Counted from the stretch's first letter, positions 1 through 10,014 are shown. The stretch: DNA of 64,000 nt from a virus (IMGVR_UViG_3300010354_000046:77604-141603); one strand, 5' to 3'. A program made the numbers and translations. The notes: generated from the sequence alone by a model not told the origin.

Positions 1-1848
1 TGGGTATAGTGCTGGATCTGGTGCATCTGGATCTAAGAAATCGCTGCTTAATAAATCTTTAATGCTACTTGCAGCTTCTTCTGCATTTGCACCTTGTGCT
101 GTCCAACGTGCATCGCGGAATAAAATTCCTTCGTCGGTTGTTTGGTCGGTTTTGTCAACTAAGACCCACTTACCGCCCATTCTGCGATAAACTAGTGGGA
201 AGTTTTCTAAATCAGCTGTGCTAATCCATAAATCATTATCAACTAGTGCTGTGCCATCACTTTGTAATGTTGGAGCACTGGCGCTTACTTGTGGACCGTT
301 AGGATCTGTAGTTGGGAATTTATTTAGATAACCCTCCCAATCGCTTCCATTGTGTACCATGATATCAACCTCATCAATAGTGCTGTTGTACCATAGTCTG
401 CCGTCTGCTGGAATATCAACTGGTTCATCTGGACCAATTTTAGCCATTGCATCTCCAACAACTAACGGTGTCCATAATGTGGCTAAGAAACGAAGGTTTG
501 TTGGTGTTACTCCTGGACTGTCAAAACGATTAGTAGCTGCAAAAATATTTTTTGTAAATCCAGTACCTGTCATTCCTGTGAATTCAAAATCACCGCCTAG
601 TTTATGAGTAATTGTTACATAACCTAACGCATCAACTGTGGCTGTTAGATTCGTAAACCCTGCATTGTTAAATGCAGTAGCAAAAGCATTACCTGTTGTA
701 ACTATGTCTGCTGGAGTAGCATTTCCTGCTGATGTAAAGCTAATAGTTTCTGTATTCCATGAACCATCAACTAAACTTTCTAACACAGTTGCGCCAGTTG
801 CGCCAGTACCACTAATTGCAGTAACCTGTGTTACTGAAGTGCTGCCTGTGCCATTACGTGCCCAAATTTTGAAACTGCAATGAGCTGTTGAATTAAATCG
901 AACGTATGTTGCACCTAGTGCAAGGTTAGAGCCGCCTCCAATAGGATCAAGGCCCGCAAGTGCTTTAGCACCGTCTGCATAGATTGGAGCTGCTTGCTTA
1001 AGCCATGCGCCTGTTGCTAAATTATATCGTTTAACATTATAGTTAGCACCTTTATTTGGCGTTGTTGTCTTGACCCAAACAGAACCGTCTCCGGCTGTTG
1101 CAGTTCCTTTCCAATCAGGAATGTTTGTATGGGAAGCAACAGATAAAATCTTATCAAGACCTGCTTGTGTTGCCCATGTTGTTGTACCTACTTCAATCCA
1201 AACACCGCCCGTTTTAAACCATAGTGTAACGTCGTTGATTGAAGCATCGGCAGCATTTTCTAAACATACTACTGCGTATTCTCCATTTGCACCAATTGAT
1301 GATTTTGGAGTATAATCTTCGCCGCCAAAGTCGGAAACTTTAGTAGGATCGGTAATTACAATGGGTGCTTTATTTGTAAAAGTTTGATTTGTTTCGCTCC
1401 ACTCAAAAATACCAAACAGCGTATTTTGTGTATCGAACCAAAATGTTCCATCTGCTGGTGCGCCGCTTGGTGCGTCAACAGTTGCATCTAGTTGACCAAG
1501 GTCAACGTCAGCACGTACTACATAAGCGCGATTGCTAACGCCTAAGAAGCTGTATGCTGCTTGCAATCCGTATTCGTTCTGCTCACCTGCATGAATAGGA
1601 TTGTTATTAGCGTCTGTCTTAAAGATAGGTGTTCCAAACGTATCTCCAAGATCTTTTTGACTTGTTAATAGATAAACGGTACCGGCATTAGCTTTTAATG
1701 TTCCGGGAGCAATACCTGTTCCTGCACTATTTTGTTTACTTTCTTCAGAAGTAACAATAATTAGAGGAACTGTGCCTGGTGCGGCCGGGGTATAAAAACT
1801 CTCGTCGATTACTGAAACCGATACGCCTGGTGAACTGAGTTGAGCCAT
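1..1848 (-). CDS. gp18: Tail sheath protein, N-terminal 616 codons (runs off the window; absent from the ORF track)
   Basis: Minus-strand reading from the ATG at 1848 (GGAG RBS upstream): MAQLSSPGVSVSVIDESFYTPAAPGTVPLII...LGDTFGTP...NEYGLQAAYSFLGVSNRAYVVRAD. SPGV, FG-P and YVVR are hallmarks of contractile sheath N-termini. Confidence 0.9.
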   Translation of the reverse strand, partial: MAQLSSPGVSVSVIDESFYTPAAPGTVPLIIVTSEESKQNSAGTGIAPGTLKANAGTVYLLTSQKDLGDTFGTPIFKTDANNNPIHAGEQNEYGLQAAYSFLGVSNRAYVVRADVDLGQLDATVDAPSGAPADGTFWFDTQNTLFGIFEWSETNQTFTNKAPIVITDPTKVSDFGGEDYTPKSSIGANGEYAVVCLENAADASINDVTLWFKTGGVWIEVGTTTWATQAGLDKILSVASHTNIPDWKGTATAGDGSVWVKTTTPNKGANYNVKRYNLATGAWLKQAAPIYADGAKALAGLDPIGGGSNLALGATYVRFNSTAHCSFKIWARNGTGSTSVTQVTAISGTGATGATVLESLVDGSWNTETISFTSAGNATPADIVTTGNAFATAFNNAGFTNLTATVDALGYVTITHKLGGDFEFTGMTGTGFTKNIFAATNRFDSPGVTPTNLRFLATLWTPLVVGDAMAKIGPDEPVDIPADGRLWYNSTIDEVDIMVHNGSDWEGYLNKFPTTDPNGPQVSASAPTLQSDGTALVDNDLWISTADLENFPLVYRRMGGKWVLVDKTDQTTDEGILFRDARWTAQGANAEEAASSIKDLLSSDFLDPDAPDPALYP

Positions 1849-1879
1849 ATTAGAATCTCCATGAATACAATTCTTAATG

Positions 1880-1886
1880 TATTTAG
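1880..1886 (-). promoter_or_regulatory. Late-promoter-like motif CTAAATA upstream of tail sheath
   Basis: Variant of T4 late promoter TATAAATA; the same core recurs before most structural operons here. Confidence 0.6.
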
Positions 1887-1939
1887 TGGATTTTGGTATT
1901 TTGGCTAGGTTATAAGCCCTGAAAAAGGGATAGAAAAGG

Positions 1940-1947
1940 TGTAAATA
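1940..1947 (+). promoter_or_regulatory. Late-promoter-like motif TGTAAATA, 5 nt before the HNH gene ATG
   Basis: One mismatch from TATAAATA. Confidence 0.55.
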
Positions 1948-1952
1948 TTTGT

Positions 1953-2288
1953 ATGAGACCTTTATGCAAGTGCGGGCAAAGGCCTGCGGCAGTGAATTAT
2001 TATAAAAATGGACGGGCTTATTACCGTAGCCAATGTGAATCCTGTCTTAAAGGCGGGTTATTCTCTGGTATCCCTCGTTGGCAGCGAGCAGGATATAAAA
2101 TGAAAAACACTTGCGACAAATGCGGGTTTAAAAGTCCACACAAAGAAGTGTTCAATGTATTTCATGTAGACGGCGATTTAAATAATTGCCGTCCAGCTAA
2201 TCTTAAGACTGTGTGTGCAAACTGTCAACGAGTCCTGCATAAAGAGGGCGTTCGTTGGCGTCAAGGGGATCTTGTACCAGACCTTTAA
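1953..2288 (+). CDS. Zn-binding HNH-like protein
   Basis: CxC/CxxC pairs and FHVDGDLNN...NLKTVCANC, an HNH-type beta-beta-alpha motif. Confidence 0.7.
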   Translation: MRPLCKCGQRPAAVNYYKNGRAYYRSQCESCLKGGLFSGIPRWQRAGYKMKNTCDKCGFKSPHKEVFNVFHVDGDLNNCRPANLKTVCANCQRVLHKEGVRWRQGDLVPDL

Positions 2289-2895
2289 CTTGGTCAAACA
2301 GATTTTCAATACTACCGTTATTGTCCAGTACGGCATCAAAATCCGTGCCAACCCATGCAGTTTCGCTAGCATGAATTTTATACTTGGCCATCCTGTCTTT
2401 AGCTATGGCCCAACCAATATGACGATTTCCTTTATTAACGGCTACTGCGTCTTCGTACCACTCGGGTTCGTCACCGCGAACTACACGTATAACTCTGCCG
2501 CCAGCATTTCTGATACTTTTAATTTCGTTAGGAAAACGGCAGTCGGAGATTACAATATCGTCTTTGCTAGTACGTAGTTTATTTTCAAGGGCAGCAATCC
2601 AAATATCATCGTGGAAGGCTTTACGGCATACTTCTGTGCCCCAATACTGTAAAATCCAACGAGGAGTAATATCCATACCCAACCGATTACTCCACCACTC
2701 GTCACGTTGTTCTCGCCATTCACGGGCTTGTTTTGTGCGCCCTTCTAGCATAGTTCTATCCCAGCCAAAAACATGGGCTACAGCGTCTTTTAGGCTGTTA
2801 GCAAAACTTTCTCGTCTAAATCCATGGTAATTAACCAGGTAATCAGCAATGGTATCTTTGCCCGAACCAATGAACCCGCAAACGCCAATAATCAT
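2203..2895 (-). CDS. gp1: Deoxynucleoside monophosphate kinase (T4 gp1-like)
   Basis: N-terminal P-loop GFIGSGKDT, SFA..LKD, TPRWILQYWGTEVCR and ISDCRFPNE motifs. Confidence 0.9.
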   Translation of the reverse strand: MIIGVCGFIGSGKDTIADYLVNYHGFRRESFANSLKDAVAHVFGWDRTMLEGRTKQAREWREQRDEWWSNRLGMDITPRWILQYWGTEVCRKAFHDDIWIAALENKLRTSKDDIVISDCRFPNEIKSIRNAGGRVIRVVRGDEPEWYEDAVAVNKGNRHIGWAIAKDRMAKYKIHASETAWVGTDFDAVLDNNGSIENLFDQVKGLVQDPLDANERPLYAGLVDSLHTQS

Positions 2896-2899
2896 AAGA

Positions 2900-2944
2900 A
2901 CCCCCGTAATTTCTGCTAGTATATAACAAAAAGATTACGGGGGT
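2900..2944. repeat. Perfect 11-bp inverted repeat ACCCCCGTAAT/ATTACGGGGGT
   Basis: Arms at 2900-2910 and 2934-2944; one arm contains the G-rich RBS of the kinase gene. Confidence 0.85.
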
Positions 2945-2947
2945 CAA
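2918..2947 (-). promoter_or_regulatory. Sigma70-like promoter for dNMP kinase
   Basis: TTGACC (2947-2942) followed by TGtTATATACT, giving a -10 of TATATA (16-nt spacer) or TATACT (18-nt spacer). Confidence 0.55.
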
Positions 2948-2954
2948 GAATTTT

Positions 2955-3746
2955 TTAGCCAATAATAAATGTGTAAGGAACCCCGCCTGGGACTAAGTCA
3001 AGTATTTCTTTTTCGAGCTTTTCAATTTCTTGATTGCCTGCGGTTTGCAATGCTGTACCATTAAGAGTAATAGGGCTTCCTGGGCCTGCAATACTGCCAA
3101 ACTTACTACGGGCTTCGCCTAGCATTAATTTACAAACTGCTAAAGTGTAATCGTACAACCATTGTTTTGCATAAAGATCTTGCAGTAATACAAAATCAGG
3201 CCTATAATTTTGTGTTCGCATTAAAATCTGTTCGCCTTGTGCAAATGGCCTTTGTAAAATAGTTAACATGTGATTAGTAGGATTAAATTTGAATTCAATA
3301 TAGCTACCAAACATTTTACCTACTAGTTTTTGGTAACCTGCAAATAATTCGTATGTTGCAAGCCCGCCCATCATAGTACCGCTTAGTAGATAAGTGTTAG
3401 TGTACGCCAAGTTGAACGGCTCGAACAATGTTCCGCCTGCACCCAAACCACTTCTACTGCCTACTGCCCTTCTAAAAATAGATTGCACATTGATAATTTC
3501 ATTAGGAAGCCTGTATTCATTAACATCTTGTTGCAGTTCTAAAAAGCTATAACTTTCTTCAACTGCATTACTGCTACGTTGTCTAAATTTTGTTAAGGCG
3601 CGATCTAGTGCAATTTCCATGTGTTTAGGATCTAACTCGACGTCAACCATACCATCGCCTAGCATGGTTTTAACGTAATCAAACACTTTGTTACGTTCAA
3701 TTAAACTTGTAGATTCGCTAGGATCTTGTGGATAAGTATCTGCCAT
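2955..3746 (-). CDS. gp13: Neck/head-completion protein (T4 gp13-like)
   Basis: YVKTMLG..MVDVELD, WLYDYTLAVCKLMLGEARSKFGSIAGP..ITLNG and a C-terminal FIIG; adjacent to the gp14-like gene. Confidence 0.8.
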   Translation of the reverse strand: MADTYPQDPSESTSLIERNKVFDYVKTMLGDGMVDVELDPKHMEIALDRALTKFRQRSSNAVEESYSFLELQQDVNEYRLPNEIINVQSIFRRAVGSRSGLGAGGTLFEPFNLAYTNTYLLSGTMMGGLATYELFAGYQKLVGKMFGSYIEFKFNPTNHMLTILQRPFAQGEQILMRTQNYRPDFVLLQDLYAKQWLYDYTLAVCKLMLGEARSKFGSIAGPGSPITLNGTALQTAGNQEIEKLEKEILDLVPGGVPYTFIIG

Positions 3747-3763
3747 TTTTAGTTCTCCTAGTA

Positions 3764-3783
3764 TATTTAGCTGGCGATAAATA
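3764..3783. promoter_or_regulatory. Back-to-back late-promoter motifs: CTAAATA (-, 3764-3770) and ATAAATA (+, 3777-3783)
   Basis: The 42-bp divergent gap carries one motif per strand. Confidence 0.65.
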
Positions 3784-3788
3784 TCATT

Positions 3789-5222
3789 ATGCCACGATTA
3801 TCCTTATATAGACCCGAACGAGGGCAAGACTACAAATTCATAGATCGTCAGATTTCTGAGATGTTTCAGGCTGGCGGCACGGACATTTATTTGCACAAAT
3901 ATCTGGGTCCTAAAAATCCTACGGAAGGGACTGCTGATCAACCCGTGTATGATGCTGTTAAAGAAACAAACATACAAGATTTGCTATTTTTAGAAAATCG
4001 TGATAGAAAATACGAGTCTGAGATTTATAAACTTAGGACCATTTATGCAGTTCAACAAACCGACTGGAATCTGAGTCAATTTGGACTATTCATAGATAAC
4101 GACACTATTAATATCAGTGTACATATTAACGATATAGTAACAACAATAGGTCGTAAACCTATGTCAGGAGATGTGTTCGAGTTGCCGCATATGAAAGACT
4201 TATTTGCATTAAACGATTTAAGTTTTGGTATGCCGCGATACTATGTTATTGAAGATGTTACTTTAGAAAGTGCTGGGTATAGCGTTACGTGGTATCCTCA
4301 TTTGTATAGATTAAAATGTAAACGTATTGTTGATGCTCAACAATTTGCTGATATACTTGATAAGCCTGCTACCGATGCAGACGGCAATCCAACAGAACAA
4401 TCTTTACGAGAAATTTTAAGCATACACAACAAAGAGCTTGAAATTAATGATGCTATTGTACAACAGGCCGAAGCTGATGCATCTAAGAGCGGATACGAGA
4501 CTAGACAATTTTATACACTAGCTGTTGATCCTACAACAGGTAAACCTGTATTGAACACAGCAGACTCTACTGAAATAAACGCCAGTACAATTAGTACCTC
4601 TAGCAATGCGTTAAATGTTTCATCAAATAATGCAGTTCCGGTAAGAACGGGCTATACTGGATATCTTGTAGGTGACGGTTTTCCAAGTAATGGTTATGAT
4701 TTTGGGTTTGGTATTCAATTTCCAGAAGCGCCAGTCAAAGACGATTTCTATTTACGAACAGATTTTCTTCCTAATAGATTATTCCGTTTCGATGGATCAC
4801 GTTGGGTCAAAGTTGAAGATGCTGTTCGCATGAACATGACTAATACTGATACCCGAAACACGCTTAAAACTAGTTTCATTAATAATAGTAACTACATTTA
4901 TAACGATGCAGTCCAAGATGGCAGCGATTTTGTTGCATTGGAAAAAGGCGACTATATTATAGATACAAATATTAATTTCACTGTTACTAGTTTGTTTGTA
5001 GAATTTAAATTAAGTGTTGTATCATTTGGATTTAAATTGTCCGAGTACTCTCCTCCTTTAATCACAAATAACTTAGGAAAAATTAGGATTACCTTGCCAG
5101 TTGTTAACGATGAGCAATTAGTTATCCCAGAAACTGGTAGCTGGAGAATTACACTATGTAACAATCGAGAAGCGCAGAGACAATCTTTAAGTAAAGTTTT
5201 AAGACCTAAGGCAGATTTATAA
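3789..5222 (+). CDS. gp14: Neck protein (T4 gp14-like) with C-terminal extension
   Basis: LSQFGLFID.D.I.I, RKPMSGDVFELPH and YPHLYRLKC resemble gp14; sits between gp13-like and gp15-like genes. Confidence 0.7.
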   Translation: MPRLSLYRPERGQDYKFIDRQISEMFQAGGTDIYLHKYLGPKNPTEGTADQPVYDAVKETNIQDLLFLENRDRKYESEIYKLRTIYAVQQTDWNLSQFGLFIDNDTINISVHINDIVTTIGRKPMSGDVFELPHMKDLFALNDLSFGMPRYYVIEDVTLESAGYSVTWYPHLYRLKCKRIVDAQQFADILDKPATDADGNPTEQSLREILSIHNKELEINDAIVQQAEADASKSGYETRQFYTLAVDPTTGKPVLNTADSTEINASTISTSSNALNVSSNNAVPVRTGYTGYLVGDGFPSNGYDFGFGIQFPEAPVKDDFYLRTDFLPNRLFRFDGSRWVKVEDAVRMNMTNTDTRNTLKTSFINNSNYIYNDAVQDGSDFVALEKGDYIIDTNINFTVTSLFVEFKLSVVSFGFKLSEYSPPLITNNLGKIRITLPVVNDEQLVIPETGSWRITLCNNREAQRQSLSKVLRPKADL

Positions 5223-6664
5223 TGCAACATTTTTATGACGGACAGATAAGAAGATACCTAACCCAAACAATACGAGTTTTAAGTAACTTTGTAGTAAAAT
5301 ATGGAGATGGTACTTTAGTTAGAATTCCTGTAGGCTACGGAGATGCTGATCGCCAAGCTGCCAATGTAGTTCGACAAAACACCGGATCATCTCTTAGTAG
5401 TGTTCCAAAAATAAGTGTTTATATATCTGGGTTAGATTTAGACAGTTCACGTTTGGGTGATTCGAGTTATGTTGGGAAAGTTCACATACGAGAACGAGAT
5501 ATCGATATTGCAACCGACAGATATACTCAAGGCCAGGGACGCAACTACACAGTTGAAAGAATGATGCCTACACCGTTTAAGTTAACCATGAAGGCCGATA
5601 TATGGACTGCCAACACTGATCAAAAATTACAGGTACTTGAACAAATTTTAGTATTATTCAATCCTAGCTTAGAGTTACAAACAACAGACAACTATATCGA
5701 TTGGACTAGTCTTAGCGTCTTAAATCTTTCACAGGTAAATTGGAGTTCAAGGCAAATTCCTGTTGGGACAGATAGTCCTATCGACATTGCTACTCTAACT
5801 TTTGAAACTCCTATATGGATCAGTCCTCCTGTTAAAGTTAAACATCTTGGGGTTATACACAGTATTATTACTAGCATTTATCAAGACGCAGGTCGTAGTG
5901 ATGATGCATACATAGAAGGCTTAGGTCATCCATTAACTTCAGGACAGAGTAATTTTGCAAATCTATTAACCAAAGAAATTGTTACAGTTACAGACTATGT
6001 TATACAAGTATACAACGGTCAAGCAGTTTTGTTAAAAACAAATGAAGGATATGTTCCGAGAGAACCTGTTCTCGATATCCCTCAACGAAACGGAGTTCCA
6101 ATTAATTGGAATGAATTGTTTGACAAATACCCTAAAAAGTATGCACCGGGGTCGACAATGATATTTTTAGTTCAGCCAAACGGGTCTGAAGTTGTTGGAA
6201 CTGTACTGATTGATCCAACAAATGAAACAATATTAAAAATTAATTGGGATGCCGATACAAGGCCGCCTGATACCGATTTAGATAGCCCTGGTGACAGAAG
6301 CTCTAATGGCGGCAGAAGTTTAGGAACTTTTGACGCAATTATCGATCCTACAAAAACTTATCCTGGAAGCGGAATGACAAATTTAGAATCAGGAGACAGA
6401 TTTTTAATTATCGAGGATATAGTAGATACAAGTCTTAATGATCCAGTTGCACAAGGTTGGGGCGGGTTCGTTGCAGCAGCAAATGATATTATCGAATGGG
6501 ATGGATCGGCGTGGCAAATAATTTTTGAATCTGCTCAAGAATCTAACACCATGATCTGGCAAACTAATATATACACTGGTATACAATACGTGTGGAATGG
6601 CGTAATGTGGGCTAAATCATTTGAAGGCGAATACGCACCAGGATCATGGAGAATAGAAATATAA
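5222..6664 (+). CDS. gp15: Tail completion/sheath stabiliser (T4 gp15-like) with C-terminal extension
   Basis: HFYDGQIRRY, RIPVGYG, PTPFKL, LQVLEQILVLFNPS and TLTFETPIWISPP motifs. Confidence 0.8.
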   Translation: MQHFYDGQIRRYLTQTIRVLSNFVVKYGDGTLVRIPVGYGDADRQAANVVRQNTGSSLSSVPKISVYISGLDLDSSRLGDSSYVGKVHIRERDIDIATDRYTQGQGRNYTVERMMPTPFKLTMKADIWTANTDQKLQVLEQILVLFNPSLELQTTDNYIDWTSLSVLNLSQVNWSSRQIPVGTDSPIDIATLTFETPIWISPPVKVKHLGVIHSIITSIYQDAGRSDDAYIEGLGHPLTSGQSNFANLLTKEIVTVTDYVIQVYNGQAVLLKTNEGYVPREPVLDIPQRNGVPINWNELFDKYPKKYAPGSTMIFLVQPNGSEVVGTVLIDPTNETILKINWDADTRPPDTDLDSPGDRSSNGGRSLGTFDAIIDPTKTYPGSGMTNLESGDRFLIIEDIVDTSLNDPVAQGWGGFVAAANDIIEWDGSAWQIIFESAQESNTMIWQTNIYTGIQYVWNGVMWAKSFEGEYAPGSWRIEI

Positions 6665-7095
6665 ATGATAAAATTATCTGTAGTGGTGCTTTGATTTATT
6701 CAAGATCCACTCAAAGATTTCTTTTATTACAAAAAGCTCAAGGTAAACATTCAGGCACTTGGGGGCTTGTTGGCGGTACAATGCACGAAGATGAAAATCC
6801 ATGGCAAGGTTTACAACGAGAAATTACCGAAGAAATAGGTAGTATGCCTGAAATAACAAAAACAATACCTTTAGAAACATTTGTCAGCAACGATACTGTG
6901 TTTAATTTTCACACTTATTTGTGTGTAGTTGAAAATGAATTTGTTCCCTTGCTAAGTGACGAGCACTCAGGGTGGGCGTGGTCAACTATGGATTCAACAC
7001 CAAAACCATTACATCAAGGTCTACGTAATAGTTTTAGTAATAAAACAGTAAAGACTAAACTACAAACTGTTTTCAATGTTATGGATTTGATTTAA
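6646..7095 (+). CDS. Nudix hydrolase
   Basis: Nudix box GGTMHEDENPWQGLQREITEEIG plus EHSGWAW. Confidence 0.9.
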   Translation: MENRNINDKIICSGALIYSRSTQRFLLLQKAQGKHSGTWGLVGGTMHEDENPWQGLQREITEEIGSMPEITKTIPLETFVSNDTVFNFHTYLCVVENEFVPLLSDEHSGWAWSTMDSTPKPLHQGLRNSFSNKTVKTKLQTVFNVMDLI

Positions 7096-8560
7096 TATAA
7101 TCGATCCATTGTTTGTGATTCACAGCATTTCTTTTCGTTTGATCTTTAATTAGGTTAATTTTTTCCGAGTAATTTTTTGTTGCGTTATAAAGATGATGGT
7201 GATCTAAAAATTTCTTTAGCCCTTCTTTATTCTTAATCAGACCGTGACCGTATGCTACACAAGTAAAACTAGTAGATTCAAACATAAATCTATCATTTGG
7301 AATATCTTTACTTGTCAGGACTCCGTAGTTAAATTTTTCTTCCATTTCCAGTATCCATTTGGGTTTATTACCGGTCATGTATCGCCAAAAGTCGCTATCT
7401 GTGCGGTTGGTGTTATAGAAAAATCTAATATACTTGAAGCTATTTTCATAGATTTCTGACATCGTATTATTATAGTTTCTTTGATCATACGCAAGATGTG
7501 TTCCTTGAAATAGTCTTGTAAAATTATCAATTTGTATAATTAGATGATGAATACTGGTAGCTTCTAAAGGTTCAACAAATCCGCTAGCAAGACCGATAGC
7601 AAGACAGTTACCTATCCATTGATTGTTATAGTAGCCGCTTGTAAAATTGATGACTCTATCGCTTTGCAATTCAACATCGTGTGTTTCAACTAACCATCGA
7701 TTAAAATCATTTTTTGCTTCTTCGTCTGTAGTAAATTTACTACTATAAACGTAACCTGTTCCTCGTCTGTTACTTAACGGAACATCAAGAATCCATCCGT
7801 TTTTGCTGGCAGTGGCTGTTGTATACGGAGGTATTTCATTAAAATTTTTAAACAACGGATTGGGTATAGTTTTATTTGTAGGTAACAATTCTGACATATC
7901 AATCCAGTCGGCATTGAATTGTTTAATTAAAATACGTTCGTATCCAGAGGCATCAATATAAACATCTCCTCGTATTACTTCTCCTGATTGAAGTTTTATA
8001 TAATCAATAACATTGTCTTTAAGAATTACTTCCGAAACTATTCCGTCAATGGTTTTAATTTTATCTTTAAATTTATTTTCGACATATTTGCTGAAGAGAG
8101 TTGCATCAACATGTAGTGCATGTCGATAGGATAAATCATTTGTACTAGGAATTAAATTATTTTGAAAAAAGAATTGTCCGTAATTATAGCCACCATTAGC
8201 TTGATCTTGCAAGATTTCATAAGCTTCAATGGCGTTGTAATTAAACATCACAGAGTCGATTGCTGCTAAAGATTCGTTGTGAGGAAAGCTGTGATACCAT
8301 TCGGCTCCGGGTTGTGCCCAATCTTTAAATTTAAGCCCTAATTTTATTGTTGCATTACAGTCTCTAATTAAATCTAAAGTAGATATGCCTACAGCTTTTA
8401 AGTATGCATCGAACACCGGAGTTAAACTTTCTCCTACGCCGATTCCTGGTTTTTTATGATCGTAGATTACAGTTATTTCAGCCCGATCGCCCCAGTATGA
8501 TTTAAAATAACTAGAAGCAACTGCTCCGCTTGTTCCTCCACCAATAATGACAATTTTCAT
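7079..8560 (-). CDS. Flavin-dependent (tryptophan halogenase/PrnA family) protein
   Basis: GGGTSG, GVGES, ATIKLGLKFKDW (catalytic Lys position), GWILDVP and FVEPLEATSI. Confidence 0.85.
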   Translation of the reverse strand: MKIVIIGGGTSGAVASSYFKSYWGDRAEITVIYDHKKPGIGVGESLTPVFDAYLKAVGISTLDLIRDCNATIKLGLKFKDWAQPGAEWYHSFPHNESLAAIDSVMFNYNAIEAYEILQDQANGGYNYGQFFFQNNLIPSTNDLSYRHALHVDATLFSKYVENKFKDKIKTIDGIVSEVILKDNVIDYIKLQSGEVIRGDVYIDASGYERILIKQFNADWIDMSELLPTNKTIPNPLFKNFNEIPPYTTATASKNGWILDVPLSNRRGTGYVYSSKFTTDEEAKNDFNRWLVETHDVELQSDRVINFTSGYYNNQWIGNCLAIGLASGFVEPLEATSIHHLIIQIDNFTRLFQGTHLAYDQRNYNNTMSEIYENSFKYIRFFYNTNRTDSDFWRYMTGNKPKWILEMEEKFNYGVLTSKDIPNDRFMFESTSFTCVAYGHGLIKNKEGLKKFLDHHHLYNATKNYSEKINLIKDQTKRNAVNHKQWIDYIKSNP

Positions 8561-10014
8561 GTATGACTCCTAATTGCCAATAACATTTCTTTATGTGTTA
8601 GCACATCGTCTTGTTCAATTCTATTTGCATTTTCTAAATCTTCTAAAACTTTTAGTACATATTCTTTAGCTTCAACTGGTAGTGTGTCATACTCTTTTTT
8701 AATGCTATTTTGATCAAACAACTGTAGACCGTGAAGAATAAAAATATAGTGTAGTTCTTTAAACAAGACTGATTTCGATATTTTTTCAAAATCATCTTCA
8801 ACAGGCATCTTGTATCGCCACACATTCAAATTTTGTTCTAAACTAGGAGGAAGTTTAGTATCGGCAACCTTACGCCAAAATTCTGTGTCTCGACGCGGAC
8901 ACACAAAATGTAATGTAATAAAATCTCGAATGTTTTCGACTATGTCTCTAAATGACTCGTTGTATTTGTCAATAGCATCTTGATTGTAATTAACTAGTCT
9001 TGTGATTAGCATAAAACATTGCTGTATAGTAGCTCCAATACTGCTTGCTTCGAGCGGTTCAACAAAACTACTACTCAACCCTAACGCACAACAATTTTTA
9101 ATCCAAGCATGATCTAATGCGCCTGGTTCAAATTTAATATGTTGTCCTACTGTTATTTCATGACCTAATACTTTTTCAACTTCAATTTTTGCCTGCTCAG
9201 GAGTTAAAAAACTGTCATCAAAAATGTAACCATTGCCCCAACGGCCGTAAGTTGGTGTCCTAAAAAGCCATCCGTAATCCATTGCTTGAGCAAGACTCCA
9301 CATATTATAATTTTCTGTATCTGGAGTCTGAAATACGATTGCGCTATTTGTATGAAGATATTCTTTGTGACTTATCCATTTGGCTCCAAGTTTACTAATA
9401 AGAAACTTTTTAAAACCTGTACAGTCAGCGTAAAAATCGTATTTGTATGTTGCATCTTCACTTTTTAATAAATCTATTCCGTCGTCATTTACTACTACTT
9501 CTGTTATTTCGTCGTGGTAGATTGTAATTTCTCGATCTAAAGCAATCTTTGTTAGATAGTCATTTAGTTTGAATGTATTGAAATGGTACTGCGCTACTGG
9601 TGTTCTATTATTATCTAAAAACCACTTTTGCACTTTATTTTCCCAAAAAATTTCTCCAGATAATCTCCGAGAATCCATGCCGTCACTTACAAGTTTAGCA
9701 TATATCATAGGATACTTTTTTAACCATACTAGATTGTATCCGTCTTGTATACTATGCATGTAATCGGGTACTCCCCAATTTTTAAAAACAATTCCCATCT
9801 TCATTGTAGCATCAGTTTCGACTATCATTTCCCCTGTGTTAATGCCTACAAAATCTGCAAATGCACTCCAGTGTTCGGTTGATCCTTCGCCTACTCCTAT
9901 AATTCCAATTCGCTTGCTACAAATAATATCGACTTGGTAATTTGGAAACCTTGTTTTAAGTATTAACGCAGAAACAAGTCCGGCTGTTCCGCTTCCAACA
10001 ACTGCAATACGCAT
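8557..10014 (-). CDS. Flavin-dependent (tryptophan halogenase/PrnA family) protein
   Basis: GSGTAG, GVGEG, ATMKMGIVFKNW, GWLFRTP and FVEPLEASSI. Confidence 0.85.
   Translation of the reverse strand: MRIAVVGSGTAGLVSALILKTRFPNYQVDIICSKRIGIIGVGEGSTEHWSAFADFVGINTGEMIVETDATMKMGIVFKNWGVPDYMHSIQDGYNLVWLKKYPMIYAKLVSDGMDSRRLSGEIFWENKVQKWFLDNNRTPVAQYHFNTFKLNDYLTKIALDREITIYHDEITEVVVNDDGIDLLKSEDATYKYDFYADCTGFKKFLISKLGAKWISHKEYLHTNSAIVFQTPDTENYNMWSLAQAMDYGWLFRTPTYGRWGNGYIFDDSFLTPEQAKIEVEKVLGHEITVGQHIKFEPGALDHAWIKNCCALGLSSSFVEPLEASSIGATIQQCFMLITRLVNYNQDAIDKYNESFRDIVENIRDFITLHFVCPRRDTEFWRKVADTKLPPSLEQNLNVWRYKMPVEDDFEKISKSVLFKELHYIFILHGLQLFDQNSIKKEYDTLPVEAKEYVLKVLEDLENANRIEQDDVLTHKEMLLAIRSHT

Noticed and set aside
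350-1315. Three + strand ORFs (350, 638, 1070)
   Set aside because: Antisense shadows of the tail sheath gene.
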